This document shows positions 16,476 to 24,801 of a DNA stretch of 46,804 nt, one piece after another (the first letter of the stretch is position 1; each line of letters starts with the position of its first letter). A program made the position numbers and the translations under genes. The stretch is from an uncultured Acidimicrobiales bacterium (lineage in GTDB: Bacteria; Actinomycetota; Acidimicrobiia; Acidimicrobiales; SZUA-35): NCBI GenBank assembly GCA_937930655.1, contig CALHBU010000385.1:1-46804 (forward strand). Direction: 5' to 3'. Under the pieces are notes generated by a model, which worked only from the letters and a program-made list of their open reading frames with translations, made no database searches and was not told where the DNA came from.

Positions 16476-16573
16476 GCTCCTGCGACTTGCTGTGGTGCTG
16501 ACCGCCTGAGCGGCCAGCAGGACAAGGTGTCAGTGTAGGCGGTGTCAGCCTGTTCTGCGAACCAGAATGGCGG

Positions 16574-17692
16574 TCAGGTTGGTGGTTGTCGGCTCTCGAG
16601 TACAAGGCGACCATCGTCGAACGCCAATGCAGCACGGCCCCCGACCAGCTGATTAATGGGTTCACCGGCCAAATCAGCTCGCCAACCAGAACACAAACGA
16701 CCGGTCTTTTCTCCACGGAGCAGGGACTCGACATCGGCTCTGGTTGCCAAAAGCGCCGGGTCGAGCTTGTGGTCACGGGCCAATTGGCTGATCCAGCTGG
16801 TTACAAGGGTGACGACCGGTCGTAGCTCTTTTGGTAGATCGGGTTGCCGGGGAGCCTTTTTGGCTTCCGGCTCGGCGGCCAAGCCCTCCTTGACTGCAGC
16901 CAGTATCTGCTCGGCGGCATCGTTCTTGGTGTGGCGCTTGTCGACCCCTCGAAGCTCCAGGAGCTGGCTGACGTTGGTCGGCCGCTGCTGGGCTACCCCG
17001 ACAACGGCGAGATCTGGAAGTACCTGGCGGACCGGTACGTCGAGCTCAGCGGCCCGTCGTTCTCGCCACGCGGCGACGGCCTTGGCGACCACGGCAGCTT
17101 TACCCTTGAGCGATCTGGCTTCTTTGACCCGTCCGATTGCTTCATCCGGAGGACGTCCACCACGGGGCTTGTCGAGAAGAAGCTGTGACTCCTCGGCCGC
17201 CCATGACACTCGATCGAGTTCCTCGAGCTTCTGGTTGAGTACGTCGCAGAGCTCGATGAGGTTGTCGACATCGGCCGCCGCATAGCGCAACTGATCGTCG
17301 GTCAGGGGGCGCCGAAGCCAATCGGTCAGCCGGTCACCCTTGGCCAGCTGAACCCCAAGGAAGGTGTCGAGAAGGGTGGCCAACGACCCGCTGGAGATAC
17401 CGAGGAACCCGGCAGCAATCTGGGTGTCGAGAAGCCGTTTTGGCACAGAGCCGGTGGCCTGTTCGAGGACTTCGAGGTCCTGGGTTCCGGCATGAAGGAG
17501 ACAAAGACCTGGTCCGTCCAGCAGCTCGGCCAGGGGTCGGAGGTCGATGGCCAGGGGATCGATCAGGACAACTTCGTCGTCCCAGGCCAGCTGTACCAGG
17601 GCAACCTGCGGATAGTAGGTGCGTTCGCGGTGGAACTCGGTGTCGATGGCGTAGCGGTCGCTCTGCGTAGCTGCAGCGACGACCTCGGCCAA
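16574..17692 (-). CDS. rnd: ribonuclease D (DEDD 3'-5' exonuclease plus HRDC domain)
   Basis: Contains AIDTEF, HAGTQDL and YAAADV, with an HRDC-like C-terminal half. The apparent start is TTG at 17692. Confidence 0.8.
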   Translation of the reverse strand: MAEVVAAATQSDRYAIDTEFHRERTYYPQVALVQLAWDDEVVLIDPLAIDLRPLAELLDGPGLCLLHAGTQDLEVLEQATGSVPKRLLDTQIAAGFLGISSGSLATLLDTFLGVQLAKGDRLTDWLRRPLTDDQLRYAAADVDNLIELCDVLNQKLEELDRVSWAAEESQLLLDKPRGGRPPDEAIGRVKEARSLKGKAAVVAKAVAAWRERRAAELDVPVRQVLPDLAVVGVAQQRPTNVSQLLELRGVDKRHTKNDAAEQILAAVKEGLAAEPEAKKAPRQPDLPKELRPVVTLVTSWISQLARDHKLDPALLATRADVESLLRGEKTGRLCSGWRADLAGEPINQLVGGRAALAFDDGRLVLESRQPPT

Positions 17693-17733
17693 TGATGCTT
17701 CATCGGTGATGAGCGGTGCGACCGGCCCACTGC

Positions 17734-18312
17734 CTACGTTGTGGTCGCTTGTCCGCCGGGTGAATCCAGTAATCGGTCGAGCTCCTCTCGTGTGTCAGCG
17801 TCTGCCAACGCTTCGGCGGGAAGCTGAACTGGATCCCACTCCCCCAATGTAAGCGCATGTCGGAAGGCCCGCTGCCCATGGTCGACTGCTACCTGTGTTC
17901 GCCGGGCCCACGACGCCGGCCAAACAGCGACCGAAGGCTGAGGGTGGCCATCGATCATTGCTACCCGAGCCCGGTCGTCGGCGAGACCCTCAACCAGCAA
18001 CTCGACATGAGAACTAGTGATCAGGGGTAGGTCGCATGGCGTCACGAGAAGCCATCCTTCGCCGGCCCACGACAGAGCGCCGGCCAGGGCCGCCAGCGGT
18101 CCTTCACCGGGAGTTCGGTCCGGCACGACCGGTAGCCCGAGCTGATGGCCCGCCTCTCCCCCCAGTGCAACCACCGGGTCGATGCCGGCGTCGCGCATGG
18201 CGTTGGCGACAACGCGTCCGAGCGGAGCGCTCCCCACCGGAGCGAGGGCCTTGTCAGAGCCGAACCGGACGCTGGCACCTCCACAGAGCACCCCGCCGGC
18301 CAGGCGGAGCAT
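17734..18312 (-). CDS. mobA: molybdenum cofactor guanylyltransferase
   Basis: Starts MLRLAGGVLCGGASVRFGSDKA and contains TPCDLP. The ATG at 18312 shares one nucleotide with the upstream stop (TGATG). The longer track ORF is Arg-rich. Confidence 0.75.
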   Translation of the reverse strand: MLRLAGGVLCGGASVRFGSDKALAPVGSAPLGRVVANAMRDAGIDPVVALGGEAGHQLGLPVVPDRTPGEGPLAALAGALSWAGEGWLLVTPCDLPLITSSHVELLVEGLADDRARVAMIDGHPQPSVAVWPASWARRTQVAVDHGQRAFRHALTLGEWDPVQLPAEALADADTREELDRLLDSPGGQATTT

Positions 18313-18773
18313 CAGTCGGTGCTGGCGTGCTGGGACATGACGTTGTCGTCTGTCCATGCCGGATCGAGTTGCAGAAGAAAGTGACGAATTCGTTCTTCCT
18401 CGTCGGCCTCGCCAATGGCTGCCGACGCGTGTCGGAGACCGGCCAGTGCCCGCAGGAACCCCTGGTTGGTTTCGTGCTGCCAGCGCACGTAGCCCGACCC
18501 TCGCCATCCGTTCTGGCGGAGGGTGTCGAGGCCTCGGTGATAACCGACTCGGTGGGCGGCGTATCGCTCGATGTCATCCCGGCCGAGTTCGCCCAGTCGA
18601 GCCCAACCGTCGAGAAAGCGGGGGAAGCGACAGACAACGTCGGCCACTGCGGCCCGACGATCGGCAAGGGGAAGGGCGAGCGCCGCAGCAAGCGCCTCGA
18701 GCTGTTCGTTCGGGGCCGGAGCGAGAACGGTTTCCGGTGGGCCGGATCCGCTGAGGTTGATGGGCTGGGTCAT
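18312..18773 (-). CDS. DUF3151 domain protein
   Basis: 153 aa. HRVGYHRGLDTLRQNGWRGSGYVRW is the signature stretch I associate with actinobacterial DUF3151. Confidence 0.7.
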   Translation of the reverse strand: MTQPINLSGSGPPETVLAPAPNEQLEALAAALALPLADRRAAVADVVCRFPRFLDGWARLGELGRDDIERYAAHRVGYHRGLDTLRQNGWRGSGYVRWQHETNQGFLRALAGLRHASAAIGEADEEERIRHFLLQLDPAWTDDNVMSQHASTD

Positions 18774-18800
18774 GGCTCGGATGGTACTGAGAGGCGGGCC

Positions 18801-19703
18801 TCAGTCATCGATCTCGAGTGGGGTTGGCGGGAGATACTCGCCGGTTGAGAGAAAATGGTCCGATGCCCGGTAGGCCAACTCGGCGAGCTCCCGGCCTCGA
18901 CTGAAGTCGTCGAACCTGATGCCCTCGGTGGTGCTGCCGGACGGCAGACGGATGAGCTTGCAGCGTCGACCCAGCTCTTCCAAATCCTCTTCGAAGCGTC
19001 GATACCGAGCCAGCCAGTAGGCGTGCCGAGCGCTGTCGAACGGACGATCCAGTGTCGGCTGCGGGATATCGGCCAAATGCCCGACATGGAGAAGGTAGAT
19101 CACGTTGGCCCCCATCTCGGCCGCCTGAACCACCGGTGCTTCTCGAACAACGCCACCGTCCATGAAGACCTCACCGTCGAGCTCCACTGGCGGGTAGATG
19201 GCTGGCAAGGCCGCCGAAGCCATCAGAGCGTCGATCAGGTGCCCCTCGTCGAACCAGTATTCGTCGGCATCGGAGAGCCTGGTGGCGACGCAGGCAAAGG
19301 GAAGGGCAAGGTCCTCGATGCGTTCGACCGAGAGCTCCTCTTCGAGTAGCTGACGAAGGACATCCGGATCGTGAAGGCTCGCTCCCTTCCGGGCCATCTG
19401 AACGGCCACCGGAAGAAGATGGGTCGGCATGATCTCCGGTTGGCCATCGGCCAGCCGGCCCCAGATGTTGCTGAGTCGGTTGAGTCCTCGTATCCCCGGC
19501 TCGGTCGCAAAAGCTGCGCCATTGATGGCGCCGACCGAACAGCCGACGATGACATCGGGCTCGATGCCTCGCTCAACCAGGGCCCGGAGCATCCCGACCT
19601 GGACTGCGCCCAGATTGGCCCCGCCGGAGAACACGAAGGCGGTGGTCTCCTGGCCTCGAAGGGCGTTGCGTATCCGGCCAAGTGTCGCTTGTCTCAGGGG
19701 CAT
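18801..19703 (-). CDS. patatin-like phospholipase
   Basis: Contains FVFSGGANLGAVQVG, GCSVG (GxSxG) and FMDGG (catalytic Asp). The ATG at 19703 overlaps the pyk 3' end by 10 nt. Confidence 0.75.
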   Translation of the reverse strand: MPLRQATLGRIRNALRGQETTAFVFSGGANLGAVQVGMLRALVERGIEPDVIVGCSVGAINGAAFATEPGIRGLNRLSNIWGRLADGQPEIMPTHLLPVAVQMARKGASLHDPDVLRQLLEEELSVERIEDLALPFACVATRLSDADEYWFDEGHLIDALMASAALPAIYPPVELDGEVFMDGGVVREAPVVQAAEMGANVIYLLHVGHLADIPQPTLDRPFDSARHAYWLARYRRFEEDLEELGRRCKLIRLPSGSTTEGIRFDDFSRGRELAELAYRASDHFLSTGEYLPPTPLEIDD

Positions 19704-21121
19704 CGGACCATGCGGAGGGTGTCGGTGGAGCCGATGGTGGCGCTGCTGCCTCCCAACACAGCCACCACGTCGCCGCTGCGGACATGGCCGTTGGCCAACG
19801 AAAGTTGGACGGCTCGGTTGATAGTGGCGTCGATGTCGTCGATCCGTTCGATATGCATGGGAGTGGCTCCCCAGCTCATGGTGAGTTGCCGAAGTGTCCG
19901 GGGCTCTGGCGTGAAGCCGAGGATCTTGGCCTGGGGCCGGAAGCGGGCGATGGCCCGCACGGTGAAACCGGAGCGGGAGACGCACAAGATGGCCTTCACC
20001 CCCATCTCGGCCGCGGCCCGCCAGGTGGCCATGGTCATGACGTCGGTGACTGCGGCGTCAATACTCTGAGGTTCGGACAACCGATCCCGTTTGATCTGGT
20101 GGGCCCAGCCGTCGTAGTCGAATTCCTGATCGGCCCGCTCGGCGATGCTGGCCATGGTGGCGACGACGAGTGCGGGATCGCTCCCGATAGCGGTTTCACC
20201 AGACAACATGACCGCGCTGGTGCCATCGAACACCGCATTGGCCACATCGGATGCCTCGGCCCGCGTTGGCGATGGTGCGGTGACCATGGATTCCAACATC
20301 TGGGTGGCGGTGATGGCCGGTCGACCGAGAGCAATACAGCGGGCAATGATGTCCTTCTGGAGATGCGGAAGGTCTTCGATGCTGCATTCGGCACCGAGAT
20401 CGCCTCGGGCCACCATGACCGCACCGGAAGCGGTAATGATTCCGTCAAGGTTCTCCACCGCGGCCCGAGTTTCGATCTTGGCCACAATGAGAGGTCCGCG
20501 TGGTGCCGGTTCGAGCCCCACTCGCCTGACATCGTGAGCGGACCGAACGAACGAAAGAGCGGCCATGTCGATTCCGACTTCGATGAACGCATCGAGGAGT
20601 CGGAGATCGTCATTGGTGGGTGTTGTCAGTCGGAGCCGGTCGGCGGGGATGTGTATTCCCGGCCGTCCTTGAAGGAGACCCCCGAAGAGAACCCGGCACG
20701 CCAAACCGTTCCCGTTGTTGTCGGTCACATCCAGGACAACCGAGCCGTCGCCCACTGTCAGTCGGTCGCCGATCTGCACATCTTCTAAAAGCGTCTCGTA
20801 GGACACCGGAAAGACCGAACTGGTTGATTGTCCTTCGCCCGGTTCGAGCTGCAGCGTCGAGCCGGTCTCCAGCAGCAGTGGCTCGGCAAATGTTCCAAGC
20901 CGCACCTTGGGGCCGGGAAGGTCAGCCAGGATGCCGATCTCCTCGTCCAGCTCTACTGCGGCTTGGCGGAGTCGGGAGTAACGCTCGAGTGATTCCTCCA
21001 AGGTGCCATGGGAAAGATTGAGACGGGCCACGTTCATGCCGGCATCGATCATGTTCTTCATCACCCTTGGGTCCTCCGAGGATGGACCGATGGTGGCGAT
21101 GATCTTTGTTCGGCGATGCAC
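19694..21121 (-). CDS. pyk: pyruvate kinase
   Basis: 475 aa with RRTKIIATIGPSS, ARLNLSHG and VMVARGDLGAE. GTG start at 21121. Confidence 0.95.
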   Translation of the reverse strand: MHRRTKIIATIGPSSEDPRVMKNMIDAGMNVARLNLSHGTLEESLERYSRLRQAAVELDEEIGILADLPGPKVRLGTFAEPLLLETGSTLQLEPGEGQSTSSVFPVSYETLLEDVQIGDRLTVGDGSVVLDVTDNNGNGLACRVLFGGLLQGRPGIHIPADRLRLTTPTNDDLRLLDAFIEVGIDMAALSFVRSAHDVRRVGLEPAPRGPLIVAKIETRAAVENLDGIITASGAVMVARGDLGAECSIEDLPHLQKDIIARCIALGRPAITATQMLESMVTAPSPTRAEASDVANAVFDGTSAVMLSGETAIGSDPALVVATMASIAERADQEFDYDGWAHQIKRDRLSEPQSIDAAVTDVMTMATWRAAAEMGVKAILCVSRSGFTVRAIARFRPQAKILGFTPEPRTLRQLTMSWGATPMHIERIDDIDATINRAVQLSLANGHVRSGDVVAVLGGSSATIGSTDTLRMVRCP

Positions 21122-21176
21122 GAGAGCAGAGTACCGCTGACCTTCTCCCCTCTCGTGGCAGAGACCCTCTCGCTAT

Positions 21177-21198
21177 CCCTCTCTCTTTCTCTCTCTCG
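21177..21198. repeat. 22-nt homopyrimidine/homopurine tract containing a perfect 17-nt mirror repeat (CTCTCTC TTT CTCTCTC, 21180-21196)
   Basis: Read directly in the pyk / histidine-phosphatase divergent intergenic region. A wider CT-rich zone spans 21141-21198. Confidence 0.85.
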
Positions 21199-21227
21199 GG
21201 TTTGGTCTGGCCTAACCTCCTCCAGTC

Positions 21228-21824
21228 ATGGAGTTGATTGTGATTCGTCATGGACGCCCCGAGCGGCTCGAAGGAGTCGAGGGTGGGGCCGACCCCAATC
21301 TCACCGAGATTGGTCAGCAACAGGCATCGGCCATGGCCAACTGGCTCACCGGCGAACACCTCGACGCAATGTACGTGAGTCCGATGGCTCGAGCCCGCCA
21401 AACCAGTGCTCCGCTGGAAGAGGCGCTGGGTCTTACTGCAACCGTCGATGAGCGGGTGCGGGAATACGACCACACCCATGCCAGCTACATACCGATCGAA
21501 GAACTACGAGCCGACAAGAAAAAGTGGAAGGCCTTTGTTGCTGCCGAAGAGGGTGCAACCAGGGAGGACTTCGGCCGAACGGTGATGGAGGGAATCGACG
21601 AGATCGTTACTCGCCATCGGGGCCAACGGGTGGCGGTTGTCTGCCACGGTGGCGTTATCAACATCGTGGCGGCGCGAATTCTTGGCCTGTCGGATCGAAT
21701 GTTCTTCAACCCCGACTACACCAGCGTGAACCGGTTCATGTGTGCCTCGTCAGGTGAACGGTCGGTGCTGAGCCTCAACGACACCGGCCATTTCTGGGGC
21801 CGGCCCGAACTCAAACTCTCTTAG
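21228..21824 (+). CDS. histidine phosphatase (phosphoglycerate mutase-like) family protein
   Basis: Starts MELIVIRHGRPE (RHG motif) and contains VCHGGVI. Confidence 0.8.
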   Translation: MELIVIRHGRPERLEGVEGGADPNLTEIGQQQASAMANWLTGEHLDAMYVSPMARARQTSAPLEEALGLTATVDERVREYDHTHASYIPIEELRADKKKWKAFVAAEEGATREDFGRTVMEGIDEIVTRHRGQRVAVVCHGGVINIVAARILGLSDRMFFNPDYTSVNRFMCASSGERSVLSLNDTGHFWGRPELKLS

Positions 21825-22993
21825 CTGCGGGGCACATCGGTCCAGGCCACGTCTTTGTCGGTCCGGACATCGCCCGGAAGCCCGAGCACTCGTTCGCCGA
21901 GGATGTTCTTCATGACCTCGGTGGTGCCGCCCTCAATGGAGTTGGCCCTGGTCCTGAGGAACGCCTTCTGTGGGTCGGAGAACTCCATAGAGGTCTGCGG
22001 CTGATCGAGGTCGTAGTCGCCGTAGAGCATGCCGTCAGGGCCCAACAGATTCATGGTGAACGCCATGATGTCTTTGTTCAGATCGGCCGATGCCATCTTT
22101 CCGACAGAACCTTCCGGCCCAGGAACACCGACCTTTCGCATCTGTGATGCCCGAATGTTGGTGAGTCGGTGGACCTCGGCCCTCACCCAAAGCTTCATGA
22201 GTTCGTCTCGTTGGACCGGATCGTTAGAACCGCCCTTGGCGAAAGCCTTTGTCGCAGCCGCGATCATGCCGCTGCCCTTTTTCGGCACCGCGCCGCCGAT
22301 CGACACTCGCTCGTTCATCAGAGTGGTGAGAGCAACCCGCCAACCCTCGCCGACTTCGCCGAGACGCTCATCGTCGGGGATGCGGGCATCGGTGAAGAAG
22401 ATCTCGTTGAACTCGGCCTCGCCTGTCATTTGGCGGAGCGGTCGGACCTCGACGCCGGGTTGCTCCATGTCGATGACGAAGTAGGTCAGCCCCTTGTGCT
22501 TTGGCTGATCGGGGTCGGTTCTGGCCACCAACATGCCGAACCGCGAGCGGTGGGCCAGTGAGGTCCACACCTTCTGGCCGTTGACGATCCACTCGTCGCC
22601 ATCGAGTACCGCGGTGCTGGCCAGGCCGGCAACGTCGGACCCCGCACCCGGTTCGGAGAACATCTGGCACCAGATTTCCTCGCCGGTGAACAGCGGGCGG
22701 AGATAGCGAGCCTGCTGGGCCTCGCTTCCATGGGTTACCACCGTTGGTGCACCCATGCCGTAGCCGATCGGATTGCGGTAGTAGGGGCTGGGCGCTCCAG
22801 CGTCGGCCAGGCGTTGGTTGATGCGAGTCTGGAAACTCGGACTGATACCGAGACCACCTCGCCCCTCGGGAAAGCTGACCCACCCGATACCGAGATCGAA
22901 CTGTGCACCAAGAAAATCGACAGCCGACGTGTTCTTCGGATCGTGATCGGCGAGAAGTTGGTCGATCAAGGCATCTACTTGGGCTTCGCTCAT
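21821..22993 (-). CDS. acyl-CoA dehydrogenase family protein
   Basis: 390 aa with an ACAD-like layout. Contains WCQMFSEPGAGSD and the C-terminal IEGGTTEVMKNILGE (catalytic Glu region). Confidence 0.9.
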   Translation of the reverse strand: MSEAQVDALIDQLLADHDPKNTSAVDFLGAQFDLGIGWVSFPEGRGGLGISPSFQTRINQRLADAGAPSPYYRNPIGYGMGAPTVVTHGSEAQQARYLRPLFTGEEIWCQMFSEPGAGSDVAGLASTAVLDGDEWIVNGQKVWTSLAHRSRFGMLVARTDPDQPKHKGLTYFVIDMEQPGVEVRPLRQMTGEAEFNEIFFTDARIPDDERLGEVGEGWRVALTTLMNERVSIGGAVPKKGSGMIAAATKAFAKGGSNDPVQRDELMKLWVRAEVHRLTNIRASQMRKVGVPGPEGSVGKMASADLNKDIMAFTMNLLGPDGMLYGDYDLDQPQTSMEFSDPQKAFLRTRANSIEGGTTEVMKNILGERVLGLPGDVRTDKDVAWTDVPRS

Positions 22994-23023
22994 CGCCAGA
23001 GCCTACTCAACCGTGGCTTAGCG

Positions 23024-23587
23024 CTACTCGGCGTCGGCTTCGTCGACCCTGGCTAGCAGCTGATCGCGAATGGACACGCCTTTCTCTCTGGCGTTATCGC
23101 CGGTGACCCGCCAGCCATGACGAGCCGAATAGAGCAATGGCGGTTCGCCCAAACGGCCCTCGACCGTCTTAGTGACGTTGGCGAAGAACAAGTCGTGGTC
23201 GTAGCGCTCGAGGCGGTCGGTGATCTCACACGTCAGCCAGGCAATGCTGTTTGGCACGATCGGCATGCCGTCCTCGTCGTTCTCGATGTATTCGGTAGCG
23301 ACGTATTTGAACTTGTGGCCCGGATAGCTGAAGTACTGGCCTTCGCTGATCTGATCGGCGGCCAACATCGAGACGGTGAACGTTCCCGACGCGATCATGA
23401 GCGGGTAGGTGTCGTGTTTTGGGCTTACCGACGCCATCACCACGGGTTCCTCGAACGAAACCTGGCTGACCCAGTGCGAGGTGTAGGCCCGGGACACGCC
23501 ATCGTGTTTGGCCGCCACCACCTGGACGCCTTTGATCATCTGGCCGAGCGAGCGTTTTGTTACGGGATCAATCACCCGCCCGATCAT
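23024..23587 (-). CDS. flavin reductase-like (FMN-binding split-barrel) protein
   Basis: 187 aa. Contains VVAAKHDGVSRAYTSHWVSQVSFEEPVVMASV and GTFTVSML, which resembles the HpaC/flavin reductase domain. Confidence 0.7.
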   Translation of the reverse strand: MIGRVIDPVTKRSLGQMIKGVQVVAAKHDGVSRAYTSHWVSQVSFEEPVVMASVSPKHDTYPLMIASGTFTVSMLAADQISEGQYFSYPGHKFKYVATEYIENDEDGMPIVPNSIAWLTCEITDRLERYDHDLFFANVTKTVEGRLGEPPLLYSARHGWRVTGDNAREKGVSIRDQLLARVDEADAE

Positions 23588-23598
23588 AAGCTGGGCAG

Positions 23599-24037
23599 TC
23601 AGCCGTTGAGCGCAGCTATCAATCGTTGGTGGGCCACATTGCTGTAGGTGATGTCACTGACGGTCGGTGTGGCAAAGCCGCCCAACTGGACACCGGTGAC
23701 AACCTCGCCGATGCGGATGATGGACAGATGGCTAGTGGTTGCAAAGCCGGTTTGGTAGGACGTCTTGATCGAGGGTGCCGTAGCTGGCAGAGAACTCCGG
23801 ACTCTCAACGAAGAATGCAGCCATGGCCGGGAACGACCAGCGTCCCGAGGTGTACTCGTTCATCCAGAAGTCGAAGCCATCTCGTTCGGGCTCTCGGCCG
23901 AGCCCTGCGGTGTACAGCCGCACAACGCTGTCGCTGTAGCCCTCACACTGGGTTTGAGTGAATGGCTTGCCTGGCAGACTGGCTGGTTGATCTAGTTGGA
24001 ACGAAACCGGAGCTTCGCCGCGTAGTTCCGATGCTTG
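23599..24037 (-). pseudogene. DUF4214-repeat gene remnant (no usable start, apparent frameshift)
   Basis: The frame open from 24037 has no ATG/GTG/TTG until 23923. It encodes ...SDSVVRLYTAGLGREPERDGFDFWMNEYTSGRWSFPAMAAFFVESPEFSASYG (a DUF4214 unit) and stops at 23732. A second frame continues to 23599. The upstream end overlaps the neighbouring gene. Confidence 0.4.
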
Positions 24038-24801
24038 TCAGCATCGCCGGTATCGAGCTCGGCGAGATACAGGTGGAGCTCTGCGGCCTGGTCGACTCGG
24101 CCGACCGCCTCGGTCACTTTGGCCAACTCACTGATCAGACCGGCATCGGCTCCGGGCAGGGTTACCCCGATGGCAGCAGCATCAGCCAGCGCCGACAGGT
24201 TGCCGTCACGAAGGTGGATCTGCTTCAGGTTGTTGAGCATGCGGTGACCGACATGGGAAACCGGCAAGGGCTGAGTGTGCGACGGTTCCAGCGGTGCACC
24301 GGGGAACATTCCCTGCAAGAGAGCCTGGCAACCATCGAGGTTGAGGACCGGACCACCAGCGAACGGGTCGTAGAAGCGGTCGGGGGTGTCGAGATCGCCA
24401 AGCAAAAGATGGCCGGGAAAGCCAATAGGCACTAAGCCAATACTGAGGCGGCGTCCGACTTCGACCGCGACTGCAGCCAAGGTGATCGGAATTCCGAGGC
24501 GTCGTTCGATCACCAGATGAAGGTACGAGTTGTCGGGGTTGTAGTAGTCGTCGGCGTTACCCTGGAAGGCTAGGTCGCCGTGCAGATAGCGGAGCAGCCC
24601 CTCCGGATCGTCAACCGGATCGTTGCCGGAGCTGGCCTGTTCGGCCAACTGGTCTAATGCTGCGACGACCACATCGACCGAGCCAGCTGGCTCGGCCAGC
24701 ATGGCGATCACACCGGCCACACGATCGAGCGTCGGCTCGTTCCCATCGAGGAAGAGCCCTTGCATCAAGCGGGCTGGTTCGGTGAGAACGGGTACTTTCA
24801 C
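23992..24801 (-). CDS. SirB1/transglutaminase-like plus TPR-like family protein
   Basis: 269 aa. NSYLHLVIERRLGIPITLAAVAVEVGRRLSIGLVPIGFPGHLLL resembles the transglutaminase-like core-2 / SirB1 N-terminal family. The GTG start overlaps the upstream stop (GTGA). Confidence 0.6.
   Translation of the reverse strand: MKVPVLTEPARLMQGLFLDGNEPTLDRVAGVIAMLAEPAGSVDVVVAALDQLAEQASSGNDPVDDPEGLLRYLHGDLAFQGNADDYYNPDNSYLHLVIERRLGIPITLAAVAVEVGRRLSIGLVPIGFPGHLLLGDLDTPDRFYDPFAGGPVLNLDGCQALLQGMFPGAPLEPSHTQPLPVSHVGHRMLNNLKQIHLRDGNLSALADAAAIGVTLPGADAGLISELAKVTEAVGRVDQAAELHLYLAELDTGDADKHRNYAAKLRFRSN

Noticed and set aside
16499-16520. Hairpin GCTGACCGC-CTGA-GCGGCCAGC downstream of rnd, considered as a terminator
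   Set aside because: It has 8 bp with an internal mismatch and no U-tract, and it lies within 25 nt of the next gene's start. This is too weak to call.
18801-19703. Patatin-like lipase (and the LOG-fold protein at 12493-13599) considered as effectors of CBASS/Thoeris-like defence systems
   Set aside because: No cyclase, TIR, sensor or other defence partners lie nearby. Both genes are embedded in housekeeping operons with overlapping reading frames.
19682-20788. 368-aa plus-strand ORF
   Set aside because: Antisense to pyruvate kinase and the patatin start. It is low-complexity and Gly/His/Asp-rich, so I treat it as a shadow ORF.
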